The notes: generated by a model not told the origin, from the letters alone. DNA of 64,000 nt from an uncultured Actinomycetota bacterium (GCA_963718235.1 CAVQYR010000001.1:1120001-1184000); one strand, 5' to 3'; shown: positions 11,954-26,089, counted from the first letter of the stretch. Numbers and translations: made by a program.

Positions 11954-12988
11954 TCAGCGCCGGCTGTCGTAGACGGCGAAGCGGTAGGTGCCCGGGGGGA
12001 AGCGGTCGACCTCGAACCGGATCGCTACCTGGTCGCCCGAGGCGATGCCGAGGTCGCTGAGCGAGACGCTGAACTCGTGGGACTCGCTGTCGTAGGTCCA
12101 CGAGTACTGCGTGGCGACCAGTCGGTCGTCGGCGAACAGCCGGAAGGTACCGGGAGCGACCGTCTGCAGGACCACCCGAAGCCCCTTGCTCACCGGAACC
12201 GTGTAGGTGAAACCAGTGGGATCCGAGGGGTGGGCGCCGCTGAACACGAGCCGGGGGCCGCCGTAGCGCGGCAGCAGCGCGTTGAACGCGTCGAAATCGG
12301 GAAGCAGGACCTCGGGTCGGTCGGGGAACGGGTACTCGTCCAGCGGAACGGCCTGGTAGACGCCGATCCGGAACCGGGTCCCGTCGTATCGGTGCGGATC
12401 CGGGAACTCGAAACGCACCTCCGCCGGAACGCCGGCCTTGAGCCCGTACTCGGCTGCCCAGTCGAGGCCTTTCACGCGACCCATGTCCCCGTCGCCGGAC
12501 AGGCCCAGCGACTGCCCACATCCAGTGCTTGCGTAGGGAACCCCCTTGATCGACAGCAGCGGCATGGCCTTCACCGCCGCCGGAAAGGTGCTGGTCGAGA
12601 AGTGTTCACCGGCGCAGGAGTACACGAGGCCGAAGTCCAAGGACGTGGGCGTGAACACGAGGGTGATCCCCTTCGCGTCGGTCTCCTCCTTCGAGGCCAC
12701 GAGTGTTCCGCCGCGCAGGTACTCCGGCAGCGGGACGTCGCCGTCGGCGGTCACCGTCGGTGTGGGGGTCGGCTGGTCCGACGGAGGTGGCGGGGCCGTT
12801 CGTCCAGGCAGGTTGGGCAGCACGAGCCCGGCAACGGCCACAGCAACCGCGACGACGACGACACCGGACCGTCGACGTCGGATCGTGCGGCCCCGTCGGG
12901 CGGCGCGTTCGGCCAGGTCGCCCACCACCGGCGGCTCGGCGGACACCTGGGCGAGCCGGTGCTTCAGGTCGTCGGTCGTCGGCGTCAT
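11954..12988 (-). CDS. Membrane-anchored protein, putative anti-sigma factor
   Basis: RRGRTIRRRR followed by a TM helix and Pro/Thr linker; ATGA-coupled to the ECF sigma gene. Confidence 0.7.
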   Translation of the reverse strand: MTPTTDDLKHRLAQVSAEPPVVGDLAERAARRGRTIRRRRSGVVVVAVAVAVAGLVLPNLPGRTAPPPPSDQPTPTPTVTADGDVPLPEYLRGGTLVASKEETDAKGITLVFTPTSLDFGLVYSCAGEHFSTSTFPAAVKAMPLLSIKGVPYASTGCGQSLGLSGDGDMGRVKGLDWAAEYGLKAGVPAEVRFEFPDPHRYDGTRFRIGVYQAVPLDEYPFPDRPEVLLPDFDAFNALLPRYGGPRLVFSGAHPSDPTGFTYTVPVSKGLRVVLQTVAPGTFRLFADDRLVATQYSWTYDSESHEFSVSLSDLGIASGDQVAIRFEVDRFPPGTYRFAVYDSRR

Positions 12989-13509
12989 CCGACCTCACCT
13001 CCGGGCAGTGCGGTCTCGGGCTCTCGCGGCCGGTCGGGCTGGAGGGTCGGGTCGAGGCGCAGCTTGGCCAGCGCCTTGCTGGTCTGGCTCTTGACCGTGC
13101 CGGGCGCGCATGCCATCGCGGCGGCCGTCTGTGCCTCGCTGAGGTCGAGGAAGAACCGCAGGACCAGGACGGCGCGCTGCCGGCGGGGGAGACGGCCCAG
13201 GGCGTCCCACAGGTCGGTCTCGCCGATCTGCTCGTCGGCACCCGGCGTCAGGGGACCGGGCGGCAGCTCGTCGGTCGGTACCTCTCCGCGCCACTTGCGC
13301 CGCCACCACGACGCGTAGGTGTGCGTCATCGTGCGCCAGAGGTAGGCGTCGGGGTCGTCGATCCGGGACCAGGACAGCCACACCCTGGTGAGGGTGGCCT
13401 GGAGCAGGTCCTCGGCCAGCGCCCAGTCGCGAGTCATCAGGTAGGCCGCGCGCAGTGCGGTCCGCTGGCGTGCGGCGACGTACGCCTCGAACCCGGCCTG
13501 CTCAGCCAT
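12985..13509 (-). CDS. SigE-family ECF sigma factor
   Basis: AEDLLQ, LPRRQRAVLVLRF, GTVKSQTSKALAKLR. Confidence 0.92.
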   Translation of the reverse strand: MAEQAGFEAYVAARQRTALRAAYLMTRDWALAEDLLQATLTRVWLSWSRIDDPDAYLWRTMTHTYASWWRRKWRGEVPTDELPPGPLTPGADEQIGETDLWDALGRLPRRQRAVLVLRFFLDLSEAQTAAAMACAPGTVKSQTSKALAKLRLDPTLQPDRPREPETALPGGEVG

Positions 13510-13705
13510 GCCGCGCCTCCTCCTCGGCCACCATGCTGCCTGGACGACGCCCCAGACCAGCCGAACGGTTGCCCGACCGGCTGTGGCCAAGCGGGCCGGG
13601 ACGAGGGTCTGGCCAGCCCGGCCAGCCGCCGAGCCCCCGGCCGCCGATCGGGTGAATCAGGCCTCACCCCTCAAGACCGGGGGTCCGCGGCACCGATAGG
13701 CCGAT

Positions 13706-15256
13706 ATGACTAGTCATACGCGTCGGGACCTGCTCAAGGTCGCGGGGCTGGGCGCGGCAGGGTCGGTGGCGGCGACAGCGGCCGGTGCCACCCTGGCGGT
13801 CAGCCCGGCACAGGCGGCCGCCACCGGGACGGGTCCGGACTTCGTGCCCGACGACCTGAACGTGCACCTGCTGCGCCGGGCGACGTACGGTCCGGTTCCG
13901 TCGACCGTGTCCGCGCTGAAGCGCCAGGGCCGCGCCGCCTGGGTCGACCAGCAGCTGAACCCGGCCCGGATCGACAACACGTTCTGCGACAACCTGATGG
14001 CCGACCGGTTCCCCGGCCTGCCGTGGACGATCACGCAGGCGCGGGCCAACCTCGACGCCTTCAGCTGGGACCTCATGTTCGACCTCGGCGTGGCGTCTAT
14101 CGCGCGCGCGACGTGGAGCAAGCGACAGCTGCTGGAGGTGATGGTCGACTTCTGGTCTAACCACCTCAACGTCACCAACCCCAGCGACCGGGCGTGGGAC
14201 AACCGGCACGACTACGACCGGCGGGTCATCCGCAAGTACGCCCTCGGGCGCTACGAGGACATGCTGCTCGCAAGCGCCCAGCACCCGGCGATGCTGTACT
14301 ACCTCAACAACGCCGAGTCCTCGCGCTACACGTTGAACGAGAACTACGGCCGCGAGCTGCTCGAGCTGCACAGCGTCGGCGTGGACGCGGGCTACACCGA
14401 GGAGGAGATGTACAACTCGGCGCTGATCATGACCGGGTTCAGCGTCGACTGGGAGACTGGGCTGTTCCAGTACAACGAGTACGACCACTACCGCGGCCGG
14501 GTGTCGGTCCTGGGCTTCGACCACAAGAACGCGACCGGCCCGGGTGGGTTCAACGTGGGGATCGCCTACGTCAAGTACCTGGCGAACCACCCGCGTACTG
14601 CACGCACTATCGCGACGAAGCTGTGTGAGCGCTTCATCTCGGACAAGCCGAACCCCACCCTGGTCAAGGCTCTGGCCTCTACCTACCTGGCCAACGGCAC
14701 CAACATCAAGCCGGTGCTGCGTCAGCTGCTCCTGTCCAAGGCGTTCAACAACAGCGTGGGGCGGAAGGTGCGCCGCCCGTTCGAGGACGTCGTCGCCTCC
14801 CTGCGGATCATGGGCTACAAGCCCGAGCCGACCGGCGTGGACGGCATGCGCTCGCTGTACTGGGCACTCGATGGGATGGGGCACGCGCCGATGGCCTGGC
14901 ACATGCCCAACGGCTACCCCGACGTGGCGATCGCCTGGCAGTCCGCTGGCACCACGTTGGAAAGGTGGAACACCCACCTCAGCTTCGCCGGGCACTGGTG
15001 GCCCGCTGGGGACCTGGTGCGACCTGAGCTACGCACACTCCTGCCGACGAAGCTGCCCACCACGTACGGAGCCATGGTCGATGCGCTGGCCCAGCGGCTG
15101 GTGTTCCGCAAGCTGGCAGCCGCCAAGAAGGCTGCTGTGCTGGAGTTCCTGGGCAAGCAGGCGTCGTCGCCTCTCACCGAGAACGACGTCGTGGACAACC
15201 GACTGGCCTCTGTCGTGGCGCTGATCCTCGACACCCCCTACCACGCGGTCCGGTGA
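13706..15256 (+). CDS. DUF1800 family protein with Tat signal
   Basis: TRRDLLK; FWSNH, PAMLYYLNN, NENYGRELLELH. Confidence 0.9.
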   Translation: MTSHTRRDLLKVAGLGAAGSVAATAAGATLAVSPAQAAATGTGPDFVPDDLNVHLLRRATYGPVPSTVSALKRQGRAAWVDQQLNPARIDNTFCDNLMADRFPGLPWTITQARANLDAFSWDLMFDLGVASIARATWSKRQLLEVMVDFWSNHLNVTNPSDRAWDNRHDYDRRVIRKYALGRYEDMLLASAQHPAMLYYLNNAESSRYTLNENYGRELLELHSVGVDAGYTEEEMYNSALIMTGFSVDWETGLFQYNEYDHYRGRVSVLGFDHKNATGPGGFNVGIAYVKYLANHPRTARTIATKLCERFISDKPNPTLVKALASTYLANGTNIKPVLRQLLLSKAFNNSVGRKVRRPFEDVVASLRIMGYKPEPTGVDGMRSLYWALDGMGHAPMAWHMPNGYPDVAIAWQSAGTTLERWNTHLSFAGHWWPAGDLVRPELRTLLPTKLPTTYGAMVDALAQRLVFRKLAAAKKAAVLEFLGKQASSPLTENDVVDNRLASVVALILDTPYHAVR

Positions 15257-16557
15257 TGACGATGCAGCGACGACGTCCGATGCACGGAACCTGCGACTGC
15301 GACCACGGCGCCGACACCGCGCCCGGGTTCAACCGGAGGTCCTTCCTCAAGCGGTTCGCCGCGACGGGTGCCCTCACCGGTCTGGCCGCGCAGGGCATGG
15401 CCACCCGCCTGGCCTTCGCTGACGGCCCGTACACCGGCGACGTGCTGGTCGTGGTCTCCCTGCGTGGCGGTTTCGACGGGCTCAACGTGGTCGTTCCGAC
15501 CGGTGACCCGGCCTACGCCAGCTGGCGCCCGACCATCGGCATCCCGCAGAACGCGTTGCTGCCGCTGGACGCCATGTTCGGCCTCCACCCTGCGATGCAG
15601 CCCCTGATGCCGTTCTGGAACGCGGGCACGTTCGGCGCCGTGCACGCAGTCGGGCAGGTCAACCCCACCCGCTCGCACTTCGAGGCGATGGAAGAGATGG
15701 AGCGGGCGGCCCCAGGAGCGTCGGCCCGTAGCGGCTGGATCGACCGGACGCTCGGACTGCGCACGACGGGTACCGCCTTCCAGGGCATGCAGCTGGGCAG
15801 CGGCATGGCCGCGTCCAGCTTCATCGGGCCGACCCCCGAGCTGGCCATCTGGTCGGTCGACTCCTTCGAGCTCTCCGGTGCCTACGACACCACCCAGCGC
15901 CTGCGTTGGCAGAAGGCCCTGCGGGCCGCCCACGAGGGGTCGCCTGCCACGATCGGCGGTCCGGCCACCACGACCCTGGACGCGCTGGCCAAGGCCGGAG
16001 AGCTGCAGGACGCCGGGTACACGCCGGAGAACGGCGCGGTCTACCCCGACGCCAACCTCGCCAACGCGCTGCGTGACGTCGCTCGGCTGGTCAAGGCCGA
16101 CGTGGGACTACAGGTGGCGTGCGTCGACTACGGCGACTGGGACATGCACTCCGACATGGGAACCGTGGACTCCGGATGGATGTTCGACCACCTGACCGAG
16201 ATGGGGCAGTCGTTGGCCGCGTTCGCCACGGACCTGGGCGCCAAGCTCAACGACGTGACCGTGCTCACGCTCACCGAGTTCGGTCGGCGGGTGGAGGAGA
16301 ACGGGTCGGCCGGGGTCGACCACGGACACGGTCAGGCAGTCCTGCTGCTCGGGGGCGGGGTCGACGGCGGCAAGGTGCACGGCACCTGGCCCGGTCTGGC
16401 CGAGCAGGACCTCTACGACGGTGACCTGGCCGGAACCACCGACTACCGCAGTGTGCTGGCCGAGGCGCTGGAGAAGCGGTGCGGTGCGGGCGCCTTGACG
16501 TCGGTGTTCCCCAACCTCCCGACCGACCGGGTGGGGGCGTTCAAGACCCGGACCTGA
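15253..16557 (+). CDS. DUF1501 family protein with Tat signal
   Basis: RRSFLK; LRGGFDGL, RSHF, WDMH, TEFGRR..ENG..GVDHG. Confidence 0.9.
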   Translation: MMTMQRRRPMHGTCDCDHGADTAPGFNRRSFLKRFAATGALTGLAAQGMATRLAFADGPYTGDVLVVVSLRGGFDGLNVVVPTGDPAYASWRPTIGIPQNALLPLDAMFGLHPAMQPLMPFWNAGTFGAVHAVGQVNPTRSHFEAMEEMERAAPGASARSGWIDRTLGLRTTGTAFQGMQLGSGMAASSFIGPTPELAIWSVDSFELSGAYDTTQRLRWQKALRAAHEGSPATIGGPATTTLDALAKAGELQDAGYTPENGAVYPDANLANALRDVARLVKADVGLQVACVDYGDWDMHSDMGTVDSGWMFDHLTEMGQSLAAFATDLGAKLNDVTVLTLTEFGRRVEENGSAGVDHGHGQAVLLLGGGVDGGKVHGTWPGLAEQDLYDGDLAGTTDYRSVLAEALEKRCGAGALTSVFPNLPTDRVGAFKTRT

Positions 16558-16630
16558 ACCGGGTGCCCGCTCGGACACGATTGGGTGAACGAGCGGACTG
16601 CCCTGCGCGCGGGTCGCCTAGGCTTCGGCC

Positions 16631-18631
16631 ATGCGCTCCCGCCCCTCCGCCCTGGTGGCCACGATCGGCGCCTGCTGCCTGGTCACCGCCCTCGCGGTCA
16701 CTGCGATCCCGGCGCAGGCCGCGCCGCGCTCGCTGTCCGCGAGCACGCACGGGGTCGCGGCCAGCCCGCGTGCCGTAGCTGCCAGCGTCGTCTGGGACGA
16801 GTGTCGGGCGAGTGTCCCCGCCCGTGCCCGGTGCGGGCACATCCGGACCCTGGCCGACCCCCTAAGGCCCGAGCTGGGCCGGCAGCGGGTCGGTTTCGAG
16901 CTGTACCGGCGCCACGACCGCAGCCGGCCCTCCCTAGGCACCCTCGTGGCGCACGAGGGCGGCCCCGGGTACCCCAGCACCGGTAGCCGTGGCTACTACC
17001 TGGGGCTCTTCCGGCCGTTGGCCGACCGGCACGACGTCCTGCTCGTCGACAAGCGTGGGACGGGCACCTCGGGAGCCCTGATGTGCGAGCCGCTGCAGCG
17101 CGGGACCATGCCGTACGTGAAGGCGGTCGCTGCGTGCGGCAAGCAGCTGGGCGAGCGCGCCGACACCTACGGGACGGCGTACGGGGCCGACGACATGGCG
17201 CAGGTGCTGGACGCCCTCGGCATCGACCAGATCGACCTGTACGGAGACTCGTACGGCACGTTCTTCGCCCAGACCTTCGCGCTTCGCCACCCTGACCGGG
17301 TGCGCACCCTCGTGCTGGATGCGTCGTACCCCGTGTCGGGCTCGGACCCGTGGTGGCGAGACACCAACCGGGCGATCAGCGACGCCCTGACCCGGGTCTG
17401 CTCCCGTGACCCCCGGTGCGCGGCGCTAGGGGGGTCGTCGGTCGCCCGGGTGCGCAACGCGGCCGACCAGCTGCACCGGCGTCCGATCCGGGGGGCTGCG
17501 TACGACGCGGAGGGTGACCGCCGCACGGTCAAGGTCGACGGGGTCAACCTCGCGCTGGTGACCGCCTACGCCACCTACGGCACCAGCATCTACCGGGAGC
17601 TCGATGCCGCCGTTCGGGCCTACCGCCAGGGCTACGACGCGCCACTGCTGCGGATCACCGCCGAGAACCTCAGCAGCGATCCCGACAGCGGCTCGCCGGT
17701 GGGCTACTCGGCGGCCGAGTACGTGGCCGTCATCTGCAACGACTACCCACAGCTGTGGGACGTCTCGCTGCCGCCCGGGCCGCAGCGTCGGCAGCAGTAC
17801 CGCGACGCGGTGGACGAGGTGCAGCAGAACGACCCGCGCGGCTTCGACCCGTTCCGGGTCGACGACTGGATCGACACCGGGTGGGTCGAGCCGCGCACCT
17901 GCATCGGCTGGCCCGCACCCACCGACCCGGTGCTTCCCGAGCCGCCGGGAGCGACCTACCCCGACGTCCCGACCCTCGTGCTGTCCGGTGACCTGGACTC
18001 GGTGACCTCGCCGGAGGGCGGGCTGGATGTCGCGGGTCGGTTCCCCGACTCGACGTTCGTGTCGGTGCCGAACGTCGGTCATGTGACCGCCATGGGTGAC
18101 CGCCAAGGATGCGCCGCCGGGATCGTGCGTCGGTTCGTGCGCTCGGGCGGCACGGCCGGTGACACGTCGTGCGTCTCGGAGTACGTGCCGGTGCGCGCGG
18201 TGCCGCGGTTCGCCCGTGCCGCGGCCGGCCTCGACCCGGCCACCCAGGGCACCCGGGTCACCTCGTCCCGGGCCGACCGGCAGGTGGTCTCCGGAGCGAT
18301 GTACGCCGCGGCCGACGTGCTGACCCGTTGGTACAACAACTACAGCGGCGCAGGTGTGGGGCTGCGCGGCGGCACGTTCCGGTACTCCGGGTCCGACGTC
18401 GTCGACTTCCGGCTGCGCGGGCTGGAGTTCGTCCGCGACGTCGCGGTCACCGGGACCCTCACCTGGAACCGCGACAACGGGCGCATGCGGGCGCGCGTGC
18501 TCGTCGACGGGCCGAGCAGTCGCGACGGACGCCTCACCCTGCAGTGGAACGACTGGGCGCCGTCAGCGCGGGCCACCGTGGTCGGGCGCCTCGACGGTCG
18601 ACCGGTCGACCTCAGCACCCCCGCCCCTTAG
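16631..18631 (+). CDS. Secreted alpha/beta hydrolase (TAP-like peptidase)
   Basis: Signal peptide; GGPG, DKRGTG, GDSYGT nucleophile elbow, D and GH at the C-terminus. Confidence 0.85.
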   Translation: MRSRPSALVATIGACCLVTALAVTAIPAQAAPRSLSASTHGVAASPRAVAASVVWDECRASVPARARCGHIRTLADPLRPELGRQRVGFELYRRHDRSRPSLGTLVAHEGGPGYPSTGSRGYYLGLFRPLADRHDVLLVDKRGTGTSGALMCEPLQRGTMPYVKAVAACGKQLGERADTYGTAYGADDMAQVLDALGIDQIDLYGDSYGTFFAQTFALRHPDRVRTLVLDASYPVSGSDPWWRDTNRAISDALTRVCSRDPRCAALGGSSVARVRNAADQLHRRPIRGAAYDAEGDRRTVKVDGVNLALVTAYATYGTSIYRELDAAVRAYRQGYDAPLLRITAENLSSDPDSGSPVGYSAAEYVAVICNDYPQLWDVSLPPGPQRRQQYRDAVDEVQQNDPRGFDPFRVDDWIDTGWVEPRTCIGWPAPTDPVLPEPPGATYPDVPTLVLSGDLDSVTSPEGGLDVAGRFPDSTFVSVPNVGHVTAMGDRQGCAAGIVRRFVRSGGTAGDTSCVSEYVPVRAVPRFARAAAGLDPATQGTRVTSSRADRQVVSGAMYAAADVLTRWYNNYSGAGVGLRGGTFRYSGSDVVDFRLRGLEFVRDVAVTGTLTWNRDNGRMRARVLVDGPSSRDGRLTLQWNDWAPSARATVVGRLDGRPVDLSTPAP

Positions 18632-18632
18632 G

Positions 18633-19028
18633 TCAGTGGGGGTCGTCGAGGGTGTTGACCATCGAGTGCGCGGCCATCTCCAGGTAGGACCACAGCTGCT
18701 CGCGCTGCTCGTCGGGCAGGTCGACGGTCGCGAGTGCGCGCTGCATGTGGTGCAGCCACCGGTCACGGGCCTGGGGTGTGACGGCGAACGGCGCGTGACG
18801 CAGTCGCAGTCTCGGGTGACCACGTTCGTCGGAGTACGTGCGCGGGCCACCCCAGTACTGCTCGAGGAACAGTCGCAGGCGTCGCGCCGCCGGCGCCAGG
18901 TCGGCCTCGGGGTACATCGGCCGCAGCTCCGGATCGCCGGCAACTCCCGCATAGAACGCCGAGACCAGGGCGTCGAACGTCTCCGCTCCGCCCATCAGCT
19001 CGTAGGGCGACTCCGACGGGTCGGTCAT
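18633..19028 (-). CDS. glbO: Group II truncated haemoglobin
   Basis: FLEQYWGGP ... [13 protein letters not shown]. Confidence 0.93.
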   Translation of the reverse strand: MTDPSESPYELMGGAETFDALVSAFYAGVAGDPELRPMYPEADLAPAARRLRLFLEQYWGGPRTYSDERGHPRLRLRHAPFAVTPQARDRWLHHMQRALATVDLPDEQREQLWSYLEMAAHSMVNTLDDPH

Positions 19029-19930
19029 GGCTGCTCGTCTGGCTGGGTCGGGGTGGGCGCGGAGATGCCCGCCTCGTCGAGTGCGCTCAGGGCTCGCACC
19101 CGAAGCTCTCGACCCACGGCGAGCTGGACCCCGGCGACGGTGTGCAGCCGGATCCGGAAGGTGACGGCCTGCGGCGTCATCGACTCGGCTGCGACTTGCG
19201 CCTCGTCCGGGAGGATCTTGGGCTTCCACGCCTCGTCGTTCTGGAGCGCGACCGCTGTCCCGGTCAGCACCTGCTGGACCTGGTCGAGGTCGGCGCCGTA
19301 CGCGACGGGGATGTCGACCGTGGCCAGGGACCACCCCTGGCTGCGGTTGCCCAGCTCGGTGACCGATCCGTTGGTCACGTACCAGAGGGTGCCCTCGACG
19401 TCGCGCAGCTGGGTGATCCGAAGGCCGACGTCCTCGACGGTCCCCGTGATCCCGCTGACAGTGACGACGTCGCCGAGGCCGTACTGGTTCTCCATGATCA
19501 TGAACACCCCGGACAGGAAGTCCCTGACGATCGTCTGGGCGCCGAAACCGAGAGCGATACCGATGACACCGGCGCTGGCGATCAAGGGTGCGACGTCGAC
19601 CCCGAGCCGGGCCAGCAAGACGATCACCGTCACCGACGCGATGACGAACGTACCGACCGAGATGAGCAGCCGAGAGACGGCGTTGGCCCTGGCGCGGTAG
19701 CGCTCCAGGGAGGTCTGGTCGGCGCCGGCTGCGGTCGTGGCGAGGCGACTGCTCAGCTTGCTGACCGTCAGTGCCTCGGTCGTCTTCCGCACGAACCGGA
19801 TCCACAGCCACCGAACGAGCAGAGCGGCGAGGAGGACCAGGACGATCGCCAGCACTCGCCCGACGGGTTGCTCGGTGAACCACTCAGAGACGTTGGCGAC
19901 GATCTCGCCCGGGTCGGCGGTAACCAGCAC
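19025..19930 (-). CDS. Small-conductance mechanosensitive channel (MscS)
   Basis: [31 protein letters not shown]. Confidence 0.92.
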   Translation of the reverse strand: MLVTADPGEIVANVSEWFTEQPVGRVLAIVLVLLAALLVRWLWIRFVRKTTEALTVSKLSSRLATTAAGADQTSLERYRARANAVSRLLISVGTFVIASVTVIVLLARLGVDVAPLIASAGVIGIALGFGAQTIVRDFLSGVFMIMENQYGLGDVVTVSGITGTVEDVGLRITQLRDVEGTLWYVTNGSVTELGNRSQGWSLATVDIPVAYGADLDQVQQVLTGTAVALQNDEAWKPKILPDEAQVAAESMTPQAVTFRIRLHTVAGVQLAVGRELRVRALSALDEAGISAPTPTQPDEQP

Positions 19931-19934
19931 CGGG

Positions 19935-22022
19935 TCAGTCTCCCAGGGCCAGGCCGGTGACCGATGCGGCGAAGGCCAGCGTGTCGACGGAGAGGTCGAC
20001 AGCGCGGCTCACGGCACGTGCGCTGTGACCCACGTCGGACTCCCGGCGCACCAGCACCGGTGCGGGCGAGCTCGTGGCGTGCTGCAGGGCCGCGGCGAGC
20101 TTGCGGCCGTGCAGCGGGTCGACCCGGGTGTCGCCGTCGAAGACGGTGAACAGCACCGCCGGGTACGCCGCACCCTCGGTGACGTGGTGGTAGGGGGAGT
20201 AGGCCAGCAGCCAGCCGAGCTCCGTGGGGTCGTCGACCGTCCCGTACTCGTCGCTCCAGGTCGGCCCGAGGCCGTACTTCTCGTAGCGCACCATGTCGAG
20301 CAGTGGTGCTGCGCAGATGACCGCAGCGTAGAGGTCCGGGTGCTGGGTCAGGGCGGCACCGACCAGGAGCCCGCCGTTGGACCCACCGGAGATGGTCAGC
20401 TGCTCAGACGTCGTCCACCCCTGGTCGATGAGCCACTGCGCCGCCGCCTGGAAGTCGTCGAACACGTTCTGCTTGTTCTCGCGCATACCGTCGCGGTGCC
20501 ACTGCTCGCCCTCCTCAGAGCCTCCGCGCAGGTTGGCGACGGCGTAGACGCCGCCCGCCTCGACCCAGGCGAGGATCGTGGCGGCGTAGGCAGGGGTGAG
20601 CGGCACGCCGAACCCGCCGTAGCCGTAGAGGATCGTGGGGCGGGGCCCCGGGTCGGCATCGGCCCGGGTCAGGACGAACATGCGCACCGCGGTGCCGTCG
20701 AGCGACTCGTAGACGACCTGCTCGGTGCGCACCTCGGGCACCTCCACGCTGCCCGGTGAGGCGGCCCACAGACTCACCGCTCCGGTGAGCGCGTCGAACC
20801 GGTGGATCGCAACCGGCGTCGTGTGGTCGGTGTAGCCGAACCACGCCTCGTGGCCACCTTCGGGGCGCTCGGTCAGTCCGGTCACCGTCCCGAGTCCCGG
20901 CAGCGGCACCGCGCCGACCTCCTCACCAGTGGCCAGGACATGGCGGGTGATCTCGCCCACCGCGTGCCGGGTCCACGCGACGAGCAGGGACGGCTCGGCC
21001 ACCTCGTCCCCGTCGAGGATGGCCCAGCCCTCGAGCACGGCGTCGTCTCGCTCAGCGACCAGCACCTGCCACTGGTCGTAGTCCCAGGCGCCGGGGGTGG
21101 TCATCAGAATGCGACCGCGGGGCGCGTCCCGGTCGCTGTAGATGTAGACGCGCCCGTCGCGCCCGAACGACAGCGACGTCTGGGCATCGACGTCGTGCTG
21201 GACCTCGACGAGCTGCGGCCGGGCGGTGTCGCCGTCGACGAGGTCGGCGACCCACAGGTCGTTACGCGGTGCGGTGCCGGCCGACGCGCTGATCTCGAGC
21301 CACCGTCCGTCGCGGCTCACCGAGACGCCGTAGTAGTTGGTCGCGTCGAGACCCTCGCCGAACACCAGGACGTCGTCAGCGGGGTCTGTGCCCACCTCGT
21401 GCAGCCAGACCCTGCGGTGGAACTGCTCCTCGCCGTCGGGCACCAGGCCCGGCTCGAGGCGTCGGACGTAGTAGTACGCCTTGCCGCCGAGCAGCCACGC
21501 GACCGGCGAGTAGCGCACCCGGTCGATCGGTCCGTCCAGCAGGACGCCGGTGGTCACGTCGATGACCCGCAGGGACGACTCCTCGGTGCCACCCTCGGAC
21601 AGCTGGTAGGCCAGCCGGTCACCTTCCTTGGTGGGCTGCCACGAGTCGAGCGTGGTGGCTCCGGTGGGGTCGACCGCCATCGGGTCGAGGAGCACCCGCT
21701 CGGACCCGTCGGGCTCTCGGACGAGCAGGACGGCGTGCTCCTGGTCGGCGGACCGCCGCAGGAAGAACGCTCGCTCGCCGCGCCAGACCGGGGTCGTGAT
21801 CGCGCCGGCGCCCAAGAGCTCGGTCACCCGGCGGCGCAGCCGCTCCTGACCCGGCCAAGTGGCCCGGTGGGCGGCAAGCAGCGCATCCTGGCCCTGTGAC
21901 CAGGCCTGGGTTCGAGGGTCCTCGGCGTCCTCCAGCCATCGGTAGGGGTCGGCCACGGTGTGCCCGTGCAGGGTGTCGACCAGGTCGAGGCGCTCGGCGG
22001 GGGGGTACGTCGGTCCGGACAT
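19935..22022 (-). CDS. Prolyl oligopeptidase (S9A)
   Basis: DPYRWLE, YGYGGF, GGSNGG, DTRV, GH. Confidence 0.95.
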   Translation of the reverse strand: MSGPTYPPAERLDLVDTLHGHTVADPYRWLEDAEDPRTQAWSQGQDALLAAHRATWPGQERLRRRVTELLGAGAITTPVWRGERAFFLRRSADQEHAVLLVREPDGSERVLLDPMAVDPTGATTLDSWQPTKEGDRLAYQLSEGGTEESSLRVIDVTTGVLLDGPIDRVRYSPVAWLLGGKAYYYVRRLEPGLVPDGEEQFHRRVWLHEVGTDPADDVLVFGEGLDATNYYGVSVSRDGRWLEISASAGTAPRNDLWVADLVDGDTARPQLVEVQHDVDAQTSLSFGRDGRVYIYSDRDAPRGRILMTTPGAWDYDQWQVLVAERDDAVLEGWAILDGDEVAEPSLLVAWTRHAVGEITRHVLATGEEVGAVPLPGLGTVTGLTERPEGGHEAWFGYTDHTTPVAIHRFDALTGAVSLWAASPGSVEVPEVRTEQVVYESLDGTAVRMFVLTRADADPGPRPTILYGYGGFGVPLTPAYAATILAWVEAGGVYAVANLRGGSEEGEQWHRDGMRENKQNVFDDFQAAAQWLIDQGWTTSEQLTISGGSNGGLLVGAALTQHPDLYAAVICAAPLLDMVRYEKYGLGPTWSDEYGTVDDPTELGWLLAYSPYHHVTEGAAYPAVLFTVFDGDTRVDPLHGRKLAAALQHATSSPAPVLVRRESDVGHSARAVSRAVDLSVDTLAFAASVTGLALGD

Positions 22023-22111
22023 GACGAGCACCCTACGCAGCCGTCGGGGCTGTGGCCGCGGCGGTCAGGTGCTGGCACGAGAGCGTGTCCTCGCGTCACA
22101 CTGGGCTCACC

Positions 22112-22636
22112 ATGGGCCAGGCGTTGGTGCTCAATGCGACGTACGAGCCGCTCGGTGTCGTCAGCGACCGGCGAGCGCTCGTGCTGGTGCTCGGCCAGAA
22201 GGCGGTGACGGTGGAGGACAGCGGGCAGGTGGCCCGCAGCGCCCAGTGCAGCCTGGCCCTGCCCAGCATCGTGCGGTTGACCCGTTTCGTCCGGGTCCCA
22301 CGGCGGGTGCACGTCCCCCTCACCAGGCGCGCGGTCTTCGCCCGTGACGGCGGCCGCTGTGTCTACTGCGGCGCGCCGGCCACGAGCCTGGACCACGTCG
22401 TCCCCCGCAGCCGTGGCGGTGCCCACGTCTGGGAGAACGTGGTGTCCGCGTGTCGCCGGTGCAACCACCTCAAGGCCGATCGCAGCGTGAAGGACCTGGG
22501 CTGGCGCATGCACACCCGGCCGTGGCGCCCGACCGGGTCGGCCTGGCTGATCCTGGGCACCGGCCGCAGCGACCCGCGGTGGATCCCCTACCTCGACGGC
22601 TTCGGCCTGCTCGAGGGCGGGGTGCGCCCGGCCTGA
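22112..22636 (+). CDS. HNH endonuclease (Rv2469c-like)
   Basis: LVLNATYEPL, CVYCG, DHVVPRSRGG, CRRCN. Confidence 0.92.
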   Translation: MGQALVLNATYEPLGVVSDRRALVLVLGQKAVTVEDSGQVARSAQCSLALPSIVRLTRFVRVPRRVHVPLTRRAVFARDGGRCVYCGAPATSLDHVVPRSRGGAHVWENVVSACRRCNHLKADRSVKDLGWRMHTRPWRPTGSAWLILGTGRSDPRWIPYLDGFGLLEGGVRPA

Positions 22637-22722
22637 TCGACGGACCGAGCGGGACCGACCCGCACCGGAAGGCGTGGGCGGGGCCGTGCGGCCGTCACCC
22701 CGGGTCGGTTAACGTGTGTGCC

Positions 22723-22944
22723 ATGTCCGTGCTGCAGGTGCTGGTGGTCTTCGTGGCCCTCCCCCTCGCGTTCTTCGCCGTGGTCGCACTGCTGGTCTAC
22801 ACGCCGTCCTGGGTGCGCGGACCGAAGTACCGCCCGGGGCTGTCCTGGTGGGCTGAGCCCGTCTGGATCGGCGGCGGTGACGCCTCGGCCGTCCACACCG
22901 CCACCCCGGTGACCGAAGGGGGCGGCTGCAGTGCCCGCTGGTGA
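22723..22944 (+). CDS. Small membrane protein (CtaJ/Rv2468A-like)
   Basis: One TM helix, YRPG..W..EPVW, GG..ARW end; syntenic position. Confidence 0.7.
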   Translation: MSVLQVLVVFVALPLAFFAVVALLVYTPSWVRGPKYRPGLSWWAEPVWIGGGDASAVHTATPVTEGGGCSARW

Positions 22945-23323
22945 CGCGTTCTCCGGGCGCCAGCTCGAGTCGATCGAGCGCGCGCTTCGTCAGTCCGAGC
23001 AGAGCAGCGGTCTGACCTACTCGGTGTTCGTCGGCGACACTGAGGGCGACCCGCGGGGAGCCGGACGACGGCTCCTCGGTTCGCTGGGCGACGCCGCCGC
23101 CGATCACGTCGTCGTGGTGGTCGACCCGGCGCACCGCGACCTGGCTGTGCTGTGCGGCTCACGGGCCGCCTACCACCTCGACGACCGGGCCACTGCGCTC
23201 GCGGCGATGTCGATGACGTCGTCGTTCGCCGCCGGTGACCTGGCCGGCGGCGTGGTCGACGGGCTGCGCACCCTGGCCGAGCACGCCCGCCAGCCCCGCA
23301 CCCTGCACTTCGACGAGGTCTGA
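22931..23323 (+). CDS. DUF5130/TPM-like protein
   Basis: LDDRATALAAMSMTSSFAAGDLAGG. Confidence 0.8.
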   Translation: MPAGDAFSGRQLESIERALRQSEQSSGLTYSVFVGDTEGDPRGAGRRLLGSLGDAAADHVVVVVDPAHRDLAVLCGSRAAYHLDDRATALAAMSMTSSFAAGDLAGGVVDGLRTLAEHARQPRTLHFDEV

Positions 23324-23341
23324 GCAGACCGTTCCCGCTCG

Positions 23342-25870
<2,529 letters not shown>

Positions 25871-26089
25871 GTGGGGTCTCCTTCGCTGCTCCGCAGCCGT
25901 CGGTCCTCGCCCACGGCCGGTCCACGGTAGAACACCACGGCCCGCAGTGACGGTTTCGGGTCGAATCCGCCCCTGGAGAGCGACCCGGGGGGCGCCCGCT
26001 CGCACAGCGGTGACCAGGGTGCCCGGCCGTCCACCGACCCGCGTTGCGCTAGCGTTCCGACGCGACAGCCGCAGACTGCTGGAGGAACC

